Below, one piece after another: positions 15,503 through 23,599 of a DNA stretch of 40,217 nucleotides. The stretch lies in IMG/VR virus record IMGVR_UViG_3300042154_003418, positions 1 through 40,217 of that record. The stretch is one strand, 5' to 3'. The translations under genes were made by a program, and so were the position numbers. The notes beneath the pieces are model-generated. The model made no database searches. It had not been told where the DNA came from and saw nothing but the letters and a program-made list of their open reading frames with translations. Every line of letters starts with the position of its first letter. Positions within the stretch are counted from its first letter, which is position 1. The stretch is from a virus. Its lineage: Duplodnaviria > Heunggongvirae > Uroviricota > Caudoviricetes.

Positions 15503-15835
15503 TCAAATTGGCTTAGAATTAGCCAATGCTGAAAAAATCTTTTCCAACGCCGTTTTATTGGCTTTTGTAAGAGATTCGATCTCATTTTCAGTCAATTTGA
15601 GAATCGCGCCGATTGCATCAGCGTGAGCATCTTTTTTGACTACTGGAGCACCAGTTTTGGAAACGTAGGTTTTAGCCACGTAAACTTTTTCGCGTGACAG
15701 TTTAGCCACAACTGAACGAACGGTTTTGCCCATGCTTTCAGCAATTGATTCCACTGTGACACCAGCCGCATAATCGGCCACCATTTTAGCGGTTTGCTCT
15801 GCGGTATAGTTGACCGCCTTAGTTGCTTTTTCCAT
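15503..15835 (-). CDS. A2: T5 A2-like DNA-binding protein, paralog
   Basis: VNYTAEQT...GKTVRSVVAKLSREKVY...VKKDAHADAI...ESLTKANK. Confidence 0.8.
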   Translation of the reverse strand: MEKATKAVNYTAEQTAKMVADYAAGVTVESIAESMGKTVRSVVAKLSREKVYVAKTYVSKTGAPVVKKDAHADAIGAILKLTENEIESLTKANKTALEKIFSALANSKPI

Positions 15836-16024
15836 TTTGATTTCCTTTCAGTGTTGAAGATTCTATTATATCAGGTTTTTGGCTTTTTGCAAGAAAAAAG
15901 AAAATTTATTTTTCTTTTCTTGATCTGCTACCAAATCCGATCATTTGGTGGCATGAGTCTATTATACTGGGTTTTTGCCTAAAAAGTCAGGTGTGCGAAA
16001 ATACAACATAGGTGGAAACCCCTA

Positions 16025-16091
16025 TTGACAACCTGAAAAATCCGTGGTATAATTTGGCGCCAACTATATAAGCATTTGCTTATATAAGCAA
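16025..16091 (+). promoter_or_regulatory. Promoter cassette with TATATAAGCA palindrome
   Basis: TTGACA-N17-TATAAT-TTGGCGCC, then TATATAAGCA-TT-TGCTTATATAAGCA. Confidence 0.75.
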
Positions 16092-16183
16092 ACACGCATG
16101 AATTTTTGGCGCCCACACCCAATTATACCACGAAAATCCGTTGTTTTTTAATCCCCTACAAAAAATAAGTTATACGAAAAAAC

Positions 16184-16276
16184 TTGACACGGGCCAAAAT
16201 CATATGCTATAATTTTGGCGCAGTTTTGAAAACAAAAGTATTCATTTTTCAAAATGCAAACTTTTGTTTTCAAAAT
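16184..16276 (+). promoter_or_regulatory. Promoter cassette with a co-varied palindrome
   Basis: TTGACA-N18-TATAAT-TTTGGCGCA; 16-bp arms TTTTGAAAACAAAAGT/ACTTTTGTTTTCAAAA. Confidence 0.8.
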
Positions 16277-16279
16277 GGC

Positions 16280-16305
16280 AAAAGCCCCACCTGGGGGCTT
16301 TTATT
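16280..16305 (-). terminator. Intrinsic terminator
   Basis: AAAAGCCCC-acctg-GGGGCTTTT. Confidence 0.75.
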
Positions 16306-16555
16306 ATCTTTTTGGTTTAATCTTATAATATAAGATAATCCCAATAAATACGATGTTGGCGGTATAGTTGAATATCAGGGGCCAATGCCATTTAGGGATA
16401 ATATAAATAATAGTGAATATCTCACCAACGCCCCACATAATCAAAAAACTCCAAGTTAATCCGTCCGAGTTTTTGGTTTTATAAGATTCTATTGCTTGTG
16501 GTAATCCACAAAATGCCAATAATATAGAACCAATCCAGCCAATATATTCCATCAT
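16304..16555 (-). CDS. PQ-loop / SemiSWEET-like 3-TM membrane protein
   Basis: GLPQAIESYKTKNSDGLTWSF motif; three hydrophobic helices. Confidence 0.8.
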   Translation of the reverse strand: MMEYIGWIGSILLAFCGLPQAIESYKTKNSDGLTWSFLIMWGVGEIFTIIYIIPKWHWPLIFNYTANIVFIGIILYYKIKPKR

Positions 16556-16675
16556 TTGATTATCTCCGTGATAGTTTGAATTTGAAAAGGGTTAGTATCA
16601 TATCTAGAATCTAACCGTTTATCTTCTGAAAAGTGCAAAACCAGTGCAATAATCCAAAGTATTTTCATTTGGTTA

Positions 16676-16705
16676 ATAATCGGGGTTATTAGCCCCGATT
16701 ATTAT
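16676..16705 (-). terminator. Intrinsic terminator
   Basis: AATAATCGGGG-ttattag-CCCCGATTATT. Confidence 0.7.
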
Positions 16706-17404
16706 TTATTTTGCAACAAACCAGTTTTTAGTTTGAAAATCGCGCCAATTATAAGGCTTGATATTATCTTTCCAATTGCGTTTTTTGAGTATGGCTTTCA
16801 AAATCGGCAATTCAAAATCACGGGCATCTTCTAATGCGGTATGCGGTTCTTTTACAAACTCGCCATTAATAAAACCGCATACAATCTCCGCATTAGTTTG
16901 GAAAGTCATATTACCCTGAACAGTGGGTTTATTAAATGCGTGATTATCAAGGGCAAATTGGCGATAATCTTTTTTATTGCAAATATTACCAACTGAAGCA
17001 GACCACAAACAAAACTCTTGAGTAAAACCCGATAAATCAATTCCAGTATTAAGGCATTTTGATTTATCAAAAGCCAGATTATAGGCAGTCAATTGGGGAT
17101 TATATTTGCCAATGGCTTGGTTAATCCATTTATTAATGGCATTAACTGAAGCCACCATTCTAGTGCCATTATCTAACATAATAGCATAATTGGATTTACG
17201 TTTTTCCAAACCAGAATAACCCCAAATATCATTGGCCGCTTTATCATGAAACAATTCATGAGTGCCATAATGACCGGCAACTAATACCGCACATTGATTA
17301 TAAATTTTGCCTTCGCGGTCAACGATAATAATCGCAAAATCTGCGACTGTATCGGCCATTGTGGTTTCTGTATCGAGAATCGCAAAATACTGTTTTTTAG
17401 CCAT
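16706..17404 (-). CDS. DEDDh 3'-5' exonuclease (DnaQ-like)
   Basis: ILDTETT (ExoI), AYNLAFD (ExoII), HTALEDA (ExoIII); likely start MAKKQ. Confidence 0.85.
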   Translation of the reverse strand: MAKKQYFAILDTETTMADTVADFAIIIVDREGKIYNQCAVLVAGHYGTHELFHDKAANDIWGYSGLEKRKSNYAIMLDNGTRMVASVNAINKWINQAIGKYNPQLTAYNLAFDKSKCLNTGIDLSGFTQEFCLWSASVGNICNKKDYRQFALDNHAFNKPTVQGNMTFQTNAEIVCGFINGEFVKEPHTALEDARDFELPILKAILKKRNWKDNIKPYNWRDFQTKNWFVAK

Positions 17405-17514
17405 TTGGTTTCCAATTACCGGATACTGCCGGAATTCGCAGATTGTAGCGTTTTGCTGCAATAGAGTTATTATACCCGATATTTTAGGAAATCGGGCAAA
17501 ACCTGCAAATTATT

Positions 17515-17730
17515 TTAAAAAAAGTTGTTGTAAATTCCCAACAAGTTTGCCAAGAAAAATGTACCATTTAGTACACCAAGCGAACGATCACGGCGAACAA
17601 AAGCCACAATCAACCACGACAAAGAACCAAAAGTAAACAAAACGTACCCCAATTTAAACATTGCGCTTGCAACTGCAAACGAACCCAAAATTGAAACCAA
17701 AGTACCAAACCAACTGAGAATATTAAGCAT
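17515..17730 (-). CDS. Small 3-TM membrane protein
   Basis: 71 aa, highly hydrophobic (WFGTLVSILGS...SLGVLNGTFFLANLLGI). Confidence 0.65.
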   Translation of the reverse strand: MLNILSWFGTLVSILGSFAVASAMFKLGYVLFTFGSLSWLIVAFVRRDRSLGVLNGTFFLANLLGIYNNFF

Positions 17731-18106
17731 TTTTTGTAATCGCCATTTTGTGAAAAGGATTTGCAGGTAAACCATATTCTAACATGATTTTTTGCCAATT
17801 TTCGCCATGCCCGCAAATTTTTTCGGATTCGCCAAAAAGATTATAATCGGCTTGATGGATAATTTCATGCGGAAGTATTACATCAATCATTGTATTGAAG
17901 TATTCTGGTTTAGCTTTGAAAAATTTGTAACCCAAATGTATGCGGTTTTCAGTTTGAAAACATTTGCCAGCGCAACGCCAAATGTAAGGGTTAAGTTCTA
18001 TCTTAGGCTCATTGTAGTGAACCAGTGGAGTATAAATTTCGCAAAGTGTATCCCAAATCATTACAGTCTCACGCTGTATGAGGGTTAAGAGTGATTTTTT
18101 GTCCAT
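17723..18106 (-). CDS. SprT-like zinc metalloprotease
   Basis: CAGKC, ILPHEIIH (HExxH), GHGENWQKIM. Confidence 0.85.
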   Translation of the reverse strand: MDKKSLLTLIQRETVMIWDTLCEIYTPLVHYNEPKIELNPYIWRCAGKCFQTENRIHLGYKFFKAKPEYFNTMIDVILPHEIIHQADYNLFGESEKICGHGENWQKIMLEYGLPANPFHKMAITKNA

Positions 18107-18217
18107 GCTGAAATTATACCCCAATAAAACCCGATTTTTTCGCAGATCACATAAAAAGAAGTGTAACAGTTGGCCCACGCTGTTACAATTATTTATGTTG
18201 TTTTTTTGCAAAACCCC

Positions 18218-18302
18218 TTGACAGGGGCTAAAATTATGTGGTATAATTTTGGCGCAAACTGCAAACCAAAGTATTCATTTTGGTTTGCAAACAAAAGTGT
18301 TA
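18218..18302 (+). promoter_or_regulatory. Promoter cassette with palindrome abutting a minus-strand stop codon
   Basis: TTGACA-N18-TATAAT-TTTGGCGCA; TGCAAACCAAA-GTATTCAT-TTTGGTTTGCA. Confidence 0.8.
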
Positions 18303-18452
18303 CCTGTCAAAAATGAAATTTTTATATTCTCGCAGATTATCACGATAATTAAAAGTCATAATCATAAGAACCGGCAACATTAATGTAATCAATATTTTAT
18401 CCGGGCGATTATAAACAAAGTGTTTGATTAATCTTGCAAATGCTTTAATCAT
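18300..18452 (-). CDS. Small membrane protein (MIKAFARL...)
   Basis: AAGGA RBS; hydrophobic segment. Confidence 0.5.
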   Translation of the reverse strand: MIKAFARLIKHFVYNRPDKILITLMLPVLMIMTFNYRDNLREYKNFIFDR

Positions 18453-18453
18453 T

Positions 18454-18609
18454 TTATTTTCCTTGTTTATATTTTCTACGATGTTGTTCAATATCTATGG
18501 TAACCCATTCAAATGCTTGTTTAATACCTATATAAATATATCCAAGTAACAGAACCGGAATTAAAAGATATTCAAGATAATATGAAGCAATAAACCAGAA
18601 TTTTTTCAT
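18454..18609 (-). CDS. Small membrane protein (MKKFWFIASYY..., 51 aa)
   Basis: GGAG RBS; not in the track. Confidence 0.5.
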   Translation of the reverse strand: MKKFWFIASYYLEYLLIPVLLLGYIYIGIKQAFEWVTIDIEQHRRKYKQGK

Positions 18610-18644
18610 TATATTCTCCAAATAATCCCCTAGGGGATTATATT

Positions 18645-19121
18645 TTAGTGACCTTGTTTGCTTGGAACATAAACCCCGCGAATATTAAAGCGATCACAAA
18701 CCGCTTTTAAATAAGTGGTATTATCCTCATAAAATGTAAATTCAGCATCACGGAAATTCTTTAAATTAAAGAATTTAGCCAAACCCGCAATTTTGAGTTT
18801 ACCGCCTGAAGTAGTATCACCATCACAACGACTGATAATATAATCAGGCTCACCCAAAACAGTTTTAATAAACTCATTATCAGCATCACGCAAAACTCGC
18901 GCAGTGGCAATAATCACAAAAGTATTATCGTCTTGCAAATCTTTACGATATTGGGATGCTAATGGCAATAATGAATCATCCATTGCACGATATTCATTCT
19001 GTCTCCAATAATCCAAATCAATACGTTCGCCATTATCGTCAACGATTGTACGATATCTGTGCAAACTGCAAACAATAGTACCATCCATATCGTAAATCGA
19101 AACCTTTGTGATCTTAGCCAT
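18645..19121 (-). CDS. dmp: HAD-family deoxynucleoside-5'-monophosphatase, T5 Dmp-like
   Basis: IYDMDGTIVCSLHR, DDSLLPL, IIATAR, FTFYEDN align by eye with T5 Dmp motifs; own promoter TAGACA-N17-TATAAT near 19163-19191. Confidence 0.8.
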   Translation of the reverse strand: MAKITKVSIYDMDGTIVCSLHRYRTIVDDNGERIDLDYWRQNEYRAMDDSLLPLASQYRKDLQDDNTFVIIATARVLRDADNEFIKTVLGEPDYIISRCDGDTTSGGKLKIAGLAKFFNLKNFRDAEFTFYEDNTTYLKAVCDRFNIRGVYVPSKQGH

Positions 19122-19243
19122 TTTGCATCCTTGTGCGTTGTTGATGTAGTAATTATATCACGGGTTTAGGGATTGTCTAGGCTTTTTTTGTTGTTGAGAC
19201 AAAATAAAGTGTAACAATTGGCGGCGACTGTTACAATTGTTTT

Positions 19244-19355
19244 TTGCACAAACGGGCTTTTGTATGGTATAATTATGTGGTGGTAATGTGTGCCAAAAAT
19301 TTGGCGCCAACTTGCAAACAAAAGTATTCATTTTTGTTTGCAAACCAAAGCGTTA
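19244..19355 (+). promoter_or_regulatory. Split promoter cassette with palindrome
   Basis: TTGCAC-N18-TATAAT; TTGGCGCC at 19301; TTGCAAACAAAA-GTATTCAT-TTTTGTTTGCAA. Confidence 0.7.
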
Positions 19356-19523
19356 CAATTTACCTTCCATTATCAATTGACGTTCCGCATACAAAAGTAT
19401 TCGTTTTTTATCCGCCTCACCTTCGCAATTTGGATATTCTAATTCTTTTTCAAGTTTATTAAAATATTCCACCAATTCACACATTTTGCGAGTTAACTCA
19501 TATTGTGGTTTGATAGTAATCAT
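19353..19523 (-). CDS. Hypothetical protein (MITIKPQYEL..., 56 aa)
   Basis: AGGA RBS; stop abuts the palindrome cassette; not in the track. Confidence 0.5.
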   Translation of the reverse strand: MITIKPQYELTRKMCELVEYFNKLEKELEYPNCEGEADKKRILLYAERQLIMEGKL

Positions 19524-19738
19524 TTTCAGCATCCTGTCATCATTGCAAAATAATCTTCAAATTCTTGATCTGTCCAAACCCAACTAGGGCAGGTATTCAT
19601 AAGCATATCATAATATATGCCGGACAAATTGTGGACAATGTAGGTGTTTGTGTTCATAGGTGTATTATAGCAAAGAATCAAGCCTTTGACGATTGTATTT
19701 ATTAATCAGCCCGATTTAAAAAATCAATCATGTAAGCG

Positions 19739-19874
19739 TTGACACGGGCACAAATTGTGTGGTATAATTTGGCGCCCATATATAAGCATATGCTTATATA
19801 TGGATACGCTGATATATGGGCTGGGCGCAGTTGCAAACCAAAGTATTATATTTGGTTTGCAAACAAAAGTGTTA
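19739..19874 (+). promoter_or_regulatory. Promoter cassette carrying both palindrome types
   Basis: TTGACA-N18-TATAAT-TTGGCGC; perfect 28-bp palindrome CCATATATAAGCATATGCTTATATATGG (19776-19803); TTGCAAACCAAA...TTTGGTTTGCAA. Confidence 0.8.
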
Positions 19875-20192
19875 ATTAAACATCATATCGCGCACAGCTT
19901 CTGCAACTTCTTCATTGCAGCGACATTGTACAGGCACAGCCCAAAATGCTCCACAATTCAAACGCTCAAGTGCAATATACTCGCCCATTTTGCGCTTGAA
20001 TTCATCATCTTTAAAATCACATTGTGCGATTGCAACGTGGACAAACTCACTGCACAAATTGCCAGGCATTGCAGGCACAACCACCACGGTCAAGCCTTCT
20101 GCGGCAAAGCTAAAGATTTCACCGCCAGCACCCTCAACATTTTCTTTGAGTGCTTTACGGTATGCCTTTTGTTCACGGTTCAATTTAGTCAT
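19872..20192 (-). CDS. Hypothetical protein
   Basis: GGAG RBS; 106 aa. Confidence 0.65.
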   Translation of the reverse strand: MTKLNREQKAYRKALKENVEGAGGEIFSFAAEGLTVVVVPAMPGNLCSEFVHVAIAQCDFKDDEFKRKMGEYIALERLNCGAFWAVPVQCRCNEEVAEAVRDMMFN

Positions 20193-20237
20193 GTTACATT
20201 CTCCAGTTAAAAAACAATTATATCACAATGGTGGATT

Positions 20238-20256
20238 GTAGGGGCAAAGCCCCTAC
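20238..20256 (-). terminator. Intrinsic terminator after an A2 paralog
   Basis: GTAGGGGC-aaa-GCCCCTAC. Confidence 0.6.
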
Positions 20257-20262
20257 AGTTTA

Positions 20263-20586
20263 TCAGGTCTTTTCAGCCTTGATGAAATCCGCAATGGCTT
20301 TCAATGCTGTTTTGTTGGCTTTTGTCAGCGATTCAACATCAGCTTCATTCAAGCCCAATGCATCACCAATGTAATCGGCAACAGCATCCTTTTTGATTAC
20401 AGCCTCACCAGTTTTGGATACATAAGTCTTAGCCACATAAACTTTCTCACGCGAAAGCTTGGCAACCACAGAACGCACAGTTTTGCCCAATGCTTCAGCA
20501 ATGGTTTCCACAGTTTTACCGGCTTGATAGTCGGCAACCATTTGCAGGGTTTGCTCAGGGGTATAGTTCACAGTTTTAGCAGTCAT
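20263..20586 (-). CDS. A2: T5 A2-like DNA-binding protein, paralog
   Basis: VNYTPEQT...GKTVRSVVAKLSREKVYVAKTYVSKTG...ESLTKANKTAL. Confidence 0.8.
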   Translation of the reverse strand: MTAKTVNYTPEQTLQMVADYQAGKTVETIAEALGKTVRSVVAKLSREKVYVAKTYVSKTGEAVIKKDAVADYIGDALGLNEADVESLTKANKTALKAIADFIKAEKT

Positions 20587-20678
20587 TTCAATTTTCCTTT
20601 CAGGGTTTCATTACAAAAGCAAAGTATATCACAAAAGGCAGGGCAATGCAAGCCATTGCCAACACCATGTCAAAAAAT

Positions 20679-20873
20679 TCACGCATTTTTAGCCTCACAT
20701 TCGGCCGCATAAGCCAACATATTTTGTGCATCACACAGTGCATTATATGCTTTGCGAACCAAAGTATCCTTATCGATACCTTCGCTATTTTGAGCACGAT
20801 AGTATGCAACCAATTTTTCAGCATATGCAAGAGCAAGTGTTTGTGTTTGTGTCATAGTGTCTTTCGTTGTCAT
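20679..20873 (-). CDS. Hypothetical protein
   Basis: First ORF after a minus-strand TATAAT near 20880. Confidence 0.45.
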   Translation of the reverse strand: MTTKDTMTQTQTLALAYAEKLVAYYRAQNSEGIDKDTLVRKAYNALCDAQNMLAYAAECEAKNA

Positions 20874-21125
20874 GGGTTTATTATATCATGCTTTTGCAGT
20901 TGGTCAACAGTTTAATTGAACTGTTACAAACTGTTACATGTTAGCTAGTTGGTTCACAAATCTGTTAGGAAACAAAAGTACTCATATTATAGTAGGTTTA
21001 CAAACAAACTGACTAGGGGCGGTTAGTAGACTAAAGTTTACACATACGCCGTGGCACCCACCCACACGCGGCCTATGGGGTAAAAATCCCAAAACCATCT
21101 GGGTGCCGTACCATGCCTCAGCCGA

Positions 21126-21220
21126 CCCTAAACCGCCCCCATCGTCCCCACCCACCCCAAATCATCCCAACTGACCCCAAACCCCACCAAAAAAATCCAC
21201 TTGTGAGACCACCCGCCCCC
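21126..21220 (-). other. G-quadruplex-forming tract (G-rich on minus)
   Basis: Eight C3-5 tracts within 21126-21185 on plus and two more at 21212-21220. Confidence 0.65.
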
Positions 21221-21249
21221 ATGGTATAATTGCCCCAAAGGATACCACT

Positions 21250-21726
21250 ATGACGCAAAACCTACCTGCTGAAACACTCAACATCGCCCCAGAAGCCCTG
21301 GAAGTAGCCAACTGCTACCTGCAGCTGCAAGACGCCCGACGTGTGGCTGATGAGCTGGACTTGGCACCTACCCTGGTTGCGGAAATCTTAGCCCGCCGTG
21401 AGGTCAAAGCGTATATTGACCATGTGTTCATGGACACCGGCTACAACAACAAGTTTCAAATGCGTGCCGCTATGGACGCACTACTCAAACAAAAGTTTCA
21501 AGAACTGCATGAATCACAAACTGGATCGACCAAAGATATTGCTGAGCTGCTACAAATCAGTCATAAAATGTCGATGGATTTACTAGACCGTGAAATTCAG
21601 CTGGAAAAACTGCGTCAGGGTCCTGGTGGCCCCTCAAAGCAAGTGAATGTTCAGATCAATGAAGGCTTAGACGGAAGCAAGTATTCGCAGCTGGTGTCAC
21701 GTCTTATTAGTGGTGAAGGAGTCTAA
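21250..21726 (+). CDS. terS: Terminase small subunit (T5-like)
   Basis: PEALEVANCYLQ...YIDHVFMDTGY...KDIAELL; directly upstream of TerL; promoter TTGTGA-N17-TATAAT. Confidence 0.75.
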   Translation: MTQNLPAETLNIAPEALEVANCYLQLQDARRVADELDLAPTLVAEILARREVKAYIDHVFMDTGYNNKFQMRAAMDALLKQKFQELHESQTGSTKDIAELLQISHKMSMDLLDREIQLEKLRQGPGGPSKQVNVQINEGLDGSKYSQLVSRLISGEGV

Positions 21727-23012
21727 TGCTAACCATTAGCCGACCAGATGTTGAGTGCGAACTTATTCAAGAGTTTCCAGCACAAACTCGTTTTATCAAA
21801 CTACCCATCGTCAACTACTTGAAACTCTTGGGCATTTATGAAACCATCAACAGACCCCAAACCGCACTAATCAATGCCATCAACGACCCCAAGTACCGTT
21901 TTGTGTGCGCTGCGCTAGCGCGCCGACTTGGCAAAACCTACATAGCCAACGTGGTAGGCCAATTGGTGAGTTTAGTGCCTGGCTCAAATGTGTTAATCAT
22001 GTCGCCCAACTATAATCTTAGTGGGATCTCTTTTGAACTACAACGCCGCCTTATCAAGCACTTTGACCTAGAAGTTGCACGTGATAACCTAAAAGACAAA
22101 ATAATTGAGTTGGACAATGGTTCGACTATTCGTATGGGTTCGTTGAGCACTGTGGATTCATGCGTTGGCCGCAGTTACGATCTTATCATATTTGACGAAG
22201 CAGCGCTTGGATCGGATGGTGAAGCCGCATTCAACGTTGCACTCCGACCCACACTAGACAAGCCTGGCAGCAAAGCCATTTTTATATCAACACCACGTGG
22301 TCGCAACAACTGGTTTAGCCAGTTTTGGAATCGTGGCTTTAGTTCGGAGTTTCCAGAGTGGGTGAGCCTGCAAGCGGACTATTCGGAGAATACGCGCATG
22401 CAGGAATCTGATGTGGCCGAAGCTCGCCGGTCAATGTCGCGTGCGGAATTTGAACAAGAATACTTGGCATCGTTTACTGTGTTTGAGGGTCAGATTTATA
22501 GCCTAGCGGCTAGTGATGTGTTGGAACCTCCGCCGGATTTGCTGGGCGAAGCCATTGCTGGCTGTGACCCGGGCTATCGCGACTACACGGCTTTTGTGGT
22601 TATTATCTATGATATGGCCACCGATGTGTTCTGGATTGTGGATGAGTACTTGAAAAACGAAGCTACCACCGCCGATCATGCCAGTGCGTTTGCGGAGCTG
22701 TGTGCCAAGTGGGGTGTGGAAACCATTTTTATTGACTCGGCTGCTGCACAGTTTGCCAGTGACCTGGCATACATCTACGACTTGGCTTCAACTAAGGCGA
22801 AGAAAGACGTCTTACCCGGAATTGCATATGTACAAACACTGGTAGCTCAGGGCCGTTTAAAAGTAGCTCCTCATTGCACACATTCATTAGCGGTGTTTGA
22901 CCAATATCGCTGGGATACCAAAGAAGGTTTACAACGTGAACGTCCCAAGCATGATGACTATTCACACATGGCTGATGCGATTCGTTATGCTCTTTATACA
23001 TATACATTGTAA
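21726..23012 (+). CDS. terL: Terminase large subunit
   Basis: ARRLGKT (Walker A), LIIFDEAA (Walker B), ISTPRGRNNWF, C-terminal nuclease with DPG and HMADAIRYA. Confidence 0.95.
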   Translation: MLTISRPDVECELIQEFPAQTRFIKLPIVNYLKLLGIYETINRPQTALINAINDPKYRFVCAALARRLGKTYIANVVGQLVSLVPGSNVLIMSPNYNLSGISFELQRRLIKHFDLEVARDNLKDKIIELDNGSTIRMGSLSTVDSCVGRSYDLIIFDEAALGSDGEAAFNVALRPTLDKPGSKAIFISTPRGRNNWFSQFWNRGFSSEFPEWVSLQADYSENTRMQESDVAEARRSMSRAEFEQEYLASFTVFEGQIYSLAASDVLEPPPDLLGEAIAGCDPGYRDYTAFVVIIYDMATDVFWIVDEYLKNEATTADHASAFAELCAKWGVETIFIDSAAAQFASDLAYIYDLASTKAKKDVLPGIAYVQTLVAQGRLKVAPHCTHSLAVFDQYRWDTKEGLQRERPKHDDYSHMADAIRYALYTYTL

Positions 23013-23158
23013 ACGGTATTGTACTTAATATTCTATTATACACGGTTTGGATTGGTTGTTCAAGTCAAAATACTCTACCTGCAACATAAATTCTGGTATT
23101 GACTTTTTGATGCATACCATGTATAATACTAGTAATCTCAAGAAGGTCCAAGTAAAAA

Positions 23159-23590
23159 ATGGCCAAGAACACAAACAATCGTATCCCAGTAAAGTGGGTT
23201 CGCGACAAAGCCAAGGCGGCATACGATAAAAAACCTCAGTGCTTTATTTGCGACACAAACAAAGACCTGGAACTTCATCACCTACACTCAATCACAATCT
23301 TGTTAGAAACGTGGTCTGCGCACAAAGGTTACGATATATCAACAGACGAAGGCATCTTAGCTGTTCGTGATGAATTTATTGCTGAGCACCATACAGAGTT
23401 ATACGATAAAGTTTACACCCTTTGTAATCCGCATCATGTAGCGCTGCACTCAATATATGGCAAAGCTCCGCCAGTAGGTTCCGAACCTAAACAGCAGCGT
23501 TGGATCGAACTCCAGCGATCAAAGCACGTTCATGGTGATAAAGCCGTAGCCACAAGCACGCACAACTCGTTTTTCTCACGATTTATTTAA
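23159..23590 (+). CDS. HNH nicking endonuclease (T5-like, between terL and portal)
   Basis: CFIC...LELHH...TLCNPHH...H; synteny with T5. Confidence 0.8.
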   Translation: MAKNTNNRIPVKWVRDKAKAAYDKKPQCFICDTNKDLELHHLHSITILLETWSAHKGYDISTDEGILAVRDEFIAEHHTELYDKVYTLCNPHHVALHSIYGKAPPVGSEPKQQRWIELQRSKHVHGDKAVATSTHNSFFSRFI

Positions 23591-23599
23591 GGAAAAACA

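Noticed and set aside
12223-19830. TGGCGC as the T5 GCGC-type nick consensus
   Set aside because: It is nearly always fixed just after a -10 box and lacks the downstream purine-GG context, so it fits a discriminator better
23013-23158. ORFs 23025..23222 and 23047..23229 in the terL-HNH gap
   Set aside because: The gap is better explained by a TTGACT...TATAAT promoter (about 23099-23128) and an AAGG RBS for the HNH-portal operon
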